Source of the DNA: Octopus sinensis
Taxonomy: Eukaryota
Direction of reading: 5' to 3'
Length of the DNA: 64,000 bases
NCBI RefSeq assembly: GCF_006345805.1
Contig: NC_043001.1
Coordinates: forward strand, 128,154,001 to 128,218,000
Made by a program: the position numbers and the translations under genes. Under the pieces are notes generated by a model that did not search any database, was not told the DNA's origin, and was given only the letters and a program-made list of their open reading frames with translations. Shown piece by piece: positions 59,497-64,000 of the stretch. Numbering within the stretch: position 1 is the first letter of the stretch; the number at the start of each line of letters is the position of its first letter.

Positions 59497-62400
59497 TTGT
59501 ATTGTATTGGCATCCTTTCTGTCTTGGGAGACAATGGAGTTGCGCATGAAGTAGTCTAGTCCGGCTTTTATATTTCATGTCCTGATACATTTCCTGCTGT
59601 GGCTGTGTAGTCCTATCCTGGACAAACACTCCCTCTGGCAGGTACCGCAAATGTAGCGAAGACTGTTCCTGGCTGGTTGTAGTGCCATAGTCTCTTGTTT
59701 ACGTCTCTTTCTTTCTTTCCATTTTTCCTCTCTCTCTCTGTCACTCTTTTGTATTCCCTCTTTTACTGTACGTCGCCATTCTCCACGGTTGCTGGCAACT
59801 GCCTCCCAACCGCTAATATTGATGTTGCAGGCCTTCATATCCCTTTTGCAAACATCCTTGTAATGTAAGATCGGTCTACCCACAGACCTAGTACCCCTAG
59901 CAAGCTCTCCGTAGAGTATGTCCTTGGGGATTCTGCCATCTTTCATACGGCTAACATGCCCAAGCCATCTCATACGTCTTTGTGTGAGGAGTGCAAACAT
60001 GCTTCGTATTCCTGCTTGCCAGAGGACATCTTTGTTGGGGATATGATTCTGCCATTTGATGCGGAGGATTTTTCGAAGGCAGCGCAGGTGAAAGATGTTT
60101 AGGCGACGCTCTTGGCGTGTGTATAGCGTCCAGGTCTCACTTCCATACAGTAGAGTGCTGAGTACACATGCCTGGTAGATCTTCATTTTCGTGGTCTTGG
60201 TCAGCTTATTGTTGTCCCAAGCCCATTTGGAGAGTTGGGCCATCACAGCAGCTGCCTTGCCAATGCGTATATTGAGCTCAGCATCAAGGGATAGGTTGTA
60301 GGTGACGGTAGAGCCCAGATAGGTAAACTTCTCCACCTCTTGTAATCTGTGGTCTCCAATATGTATGTTTGGGATGTCCGATGTAGCCTGGCCCATGATG
60401 TTGGTCTTCTTAAGGCTGATAGCTAAGCCAAAGTCATTACATGCTTGCTCAAAACAGTTAATGAGCCTTTGGAGGGCTTCTTCTGTGTGTGTTACCAGAG
60501 CGGCATCATCAGCAAATAACATCTCCTTGATCAGGACGTTTCTGATTTTGGTCTTGGCACGCAGGCGCGAGAGATTGAACAGTTTCCCGTCACTTCTACT
60601 GTGCAGAAACACTCCATCATCTGATGTCTGAAAGGCATGTGAAAGTAAGAGCGAAAAGAAGATGCCAAACATTGTAGGAGCGGGGACACAGCCTTGCTTT
60701 ACCCCATTTTTTATTTGGAAGGCGGCTGATGTTGAACCGTTGTGCTGTATGGTGCCTTGCATGTCATCATGGAAAGACTTGATGATCCTCAGCAGCTTTG
60801 GTGGACATCCGATTTTTTGGAGCAGGATGAAGAGGCCTGTTCTGCTTACCGAGTCAAAAGCCTTTGTTAGATCAATGAAGGCCATATATAATGGCATTTT
60901 CTGCTCTCTGGACTTCTGAAGTTGGCATATGGATAATATCATATCGATAGTTGATCTGCTTCTTCTAAAGCCACACTGCGATTCCGGATAGATTCGAGAA
61001 GCAAGTAGTTGTAGCCTGGCCAGGATAACGCGGGCAAAGGTCTTTCCAACAGTGCTTAGAAGGGATATACCATGGTAATTGTTACAATCACCACGGTCAC
61101 CTTTGTTTTTGTAAAGCGTAATGATGTTGGCATCCCGCATATCCTGAGGGACTGTACCCTCTTCCCAGCACTGACACAGAAGCTCATCAAGGTGCCGAAG
61201 CAGGATGGTGTTTTTGCCGGCTTTGATGATCTCTGAGGGGATGCCGTCTTTTCCCGGAGCCTTATTTCTTGCTAGGGAGTCAACAGCCTTGGTGAGCTCT
61301 GCTATAGATGGCGGACTGTCAAGTTCGCACATGACTGGCAAGATCTTGACACTCTCGACTGCAGCCTCAGCCACTGTGGTCTCCCATGAGTAGAAATCCT
61401 GGTAGTGCTCCACCCATCTATCCATTTGCTTGCCTTGATCCCTGATGAGATCTCCAGTAGTTGATTTCAGAGGGGCTGACTTGGTTGCGGATGGACCGAG
61501 GGCCTTCTTCAAACTGGCATACATCCCACGGGTGTCGCCCCTGTCAGCAGCTGACTGGATACTCTGACAGATTTCCTGCCAATACCTATTTGCACAGCGT
61601 CTGGCTGTCAGTTGGGTTTTATTTCGTGCCTTTCTGAGTTCTTCGAGTGACTTTGTAGAAGAGTCACTCTTGTATTGCACCAGAGCTGCACGCTTTGCTT
61701 CGATAACTGGCTCCAGCTCTGAGAGCCCAGCATTGAACCAATCTGGGTTTTGCCTTTCTCTCATGCCGAAAGTATCCAATGATGTCGTATACAAGGCTTC
61801 CCTGATATAGTCCCACCTACTTTCAGCAGAGGAGGTTGGGCAGCTACTGAGGGCAACCTTGATAGAAGCAGCAAAACATTTTCGCAGTGTAGGGTCCGAG
61901 GTTCTGGCGGTGTTGATGCGTGGTCGGCCCACTTTCTTGGAGCGATGGACTTTTTTAGGCAGAATCCTCACCCTGCTTCTAATTAGTGAGTGGTCTGTGT
62001 CACAATCCACGCTGTGGTAACTGCGGATCAATAGAGTAGAATTCAGAAAGGATCTCCGTGTAATGATGAGATCCAGCTGATGCCAGTGGTGAGATCTTGG
62101 ATGTCTCCAGGATGCCTTGTGGGATGGCTTGTTGGTAAAGAATGTGTTTGTGATGCACAGGTTGTGGTATGTGTAGAATTCGAGTAGTCTCTGACCATTG
62201 TCATTCATGTTGCCAATACCAAAGTGTCCAACACAAATGGGCCACGAATCATGGTCAGATCCCACGCGAGCGTTAAAATCCCCTAGAAAGTAGATATTTT
62301 CTATGACACAGTTGAGATCTTTGTAGAACTGGTCCTTGGTCTCCTCTGAGCTGTAGAGAGTGGGAGCATAGATGCTGAGTAGATGTACTGAGCGCCAGAA

Positions 62401-63347
62401 GAAGTCAAGAGGCGCAGTGAGAGGATACGCTCAGTGCCTCCCGATGGTGGTTCTATTGAGGAGAGTAGTGAGTTTCTCACTGCAAAGCCAACGCCATGTT
62501 GACGAGGTTCTTCTGGATCTCTTCCCTGCCAAAAGAAGGTGAAATCCTGCTCTTTGAGTTTGCCGTTTGAGGGAAGTCTTGTCTCCTGCAGCCCAGCAAT
62601 ATCTATGTTGAGCCTCTTTAGTTCACGGTCAATGATGGCCGTTTTCCTTGTGTCTTCAATCCTGAGAAGATCATCAGATATTCCAGGACACATGGTCCTG
62701 ACATTCCAGCTTGCCAACCGCAGAACTGGTGTTTTCTTGACTTTTAGTTGCTTGCCTGGTGCAGAGGTTGCAGGCTGCTTTTCGAGTTGTACTCTTAGCT
62801 CCAAGCACCCAATGAAGCAGGTGGCTTGTGGCAGGCCAGCACCTTATTAACTGGGGGCTGCCCAGCTTGAGGTGGGCAGTAGCTAACCAATAGGACACGG
62901 AAGTCCCTCCCACCGTCAGAGGTAACCCGTAGCGCCCATATTTTACGCCAATCTGAATGGACTTATCACTCGTGACTGTTACCTCCCGTGTTGTTTCTGC
63001 AGCTTTTTACAGCAGCACTGAAGTGTCCTCTCCAGTTTTGCGCAGGCCTGGGTTATAGGTAAGAAAGTCCTGGGTAGCCCAATCGTCAGGTTTCCTCTCT
63101 CGACCTTGCTGATGTAGTCCAGTGGAGTGCAGTGCATTACGTTTGGCAGCAGTTTGGTTACAGGAGCTGCCGGAAGAGTGTTGAGTCGAACACTAGACCG
63201 CCTTCAGGGCTCCACTCCGGATTTCTTTGAAGGTTGTCTCCTTTCCGTAACCCTGGATAGGGGCCCATACCGGGTACTGTCAGCCGGAGCTAGCTGAGCC
63301 CGGAACTCGTGTCAGGCAGGGTCGTCACTCCCTGAAGTAGTGAAAAA
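59497..63347 (-). mobile_element. Full-length RTE-clade (BovB-like) LINE with 12-bp TSD GTAAGATAAGTA and (CAATA)n tail
   Basis: Identical TSD at 59485-59496 and 63348-63359. It holds an 896-aa open ORF plus an upstream endonuclease N-terminus in another frame. Confidence 0.95.
59575..62804 (-). CDS. RTE ORF: APE endonuclease + reverse transcriptase; N-terminus (62301-62804) is out of frame with the 896-aa ORF 59575-62265
   Basis: LRLASWNVRTM, IAGLQETR, HQLDLII, DTDH, FIDLTKAFD, GVKQGCV, LFADD, C-terminal CGTCQRECLSRIGLHSHSRKC. Confidence 0.9.
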
Positions 63348-63387
63348 GTAAGATAAGTAACAAATCTTTATTGACCTTATTTTACAG

Positions 63388-63441
63388 AATGGTTCTTGAA
63401 CCTTTTGTAGAAGGGAGAAAATACTGGCAAGTAAATTCAAG
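63388..63441 (+). CDS. Candidate 54-nt exon of an unrelated plus-strand gene (MVLEPFVEGRKYWQVNS)
   Basis: Acceptor ccttattttacag| and strong donor AAG|gtaagc; only one frame is open; no partner exons identified. Confidence 0.4.
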
Positions 63442-64000
63442 GTAAGCGAGAATCTTGACCTTTACTGTCTTTGTAGGCAAAGATTAGTACAGGCTGGATA
63501 ATTGAAAAGATCATCTAGTGAGAATGGACTAAACAGAACAGGAGAAGACATGGGATGGAAGTGTTGCTGAAGAGGTCACAGGTGTGTGATATTTAATAAG
63601 AACTTTACAACTGAACTGTGAACAAAATGTTGGTATTTTAATTTTTCTTGAAAATGCCTTTTCTAAGAATTTATTCCGGAAGAAATTTGAAGGAGATGCT
63701 TTTCTCCAATTTCTAAATGAGAATAATTTGTTAGCACACTATATGTTGCTGCAACCATTCAAGTGTGCAACTGATGAAACTAAGTACTGGGGTTTCTATG
63801 GCAGGACCTGAGATTTTCCCCACAATGCTTTAAAAAAGCTATGTAAAGCATATGTTTTAATGTCATATTCTTGTGTAGTTTTCTTTCTCCAACTGTAAAT
63901 ATGTTTTCTTAAATCTTGCAAGCTGTGTCTCTCTAGTCATCATTCTTTCACAAACACACACTCTAGACATGTTCAGCATAGCTCAAAATGTGGTTCAGTT

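Overview
AT-rich, microsatellite-dense animal genomic DNA. The SINE and RTE content resembles an octopod cephalopod, but that is an inference and not a verified species call. No prokaryotic genes, rRNA, bona fide tRNA or CRISPR array were seen. One host gene can be reconstructed by hand on the minus strand from four phase-compatible exons (29322-29071, 18872-18638, 14416-14320, 11056-10799). It encodes the C-terminal part of a single-pass membrane protein: a Cys-rich peritrophin-A/CBM14-like chitin-binding module, a TM helix, and a ~120-aa tail with YEEI and RPLPDFP (canonical Src SH2 and SH3 ligand motifs). Its 5' exons were not found. A 7.56-kb satellite of 21-22-bp units in three ordered variants abuts the splice acceptor of the Cys-rich exon. 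The rest is mobile DNA: a TSD-flanked full-length RTE LINE, a second near-complete RTE and its non-autonomous 3'-end derivatives, decayed CRE-like and HERO-like elements, Penelope-type remnants with several predicted hammerhead ribozymes, Helitrons, mariner/pogo/hAT/piggyBac-type DNA elements and two tRNA-derived SINE families. All coordinates, alignments and folds were read by eye, so element ends are approximate unless a TSD or TIR is quoted.
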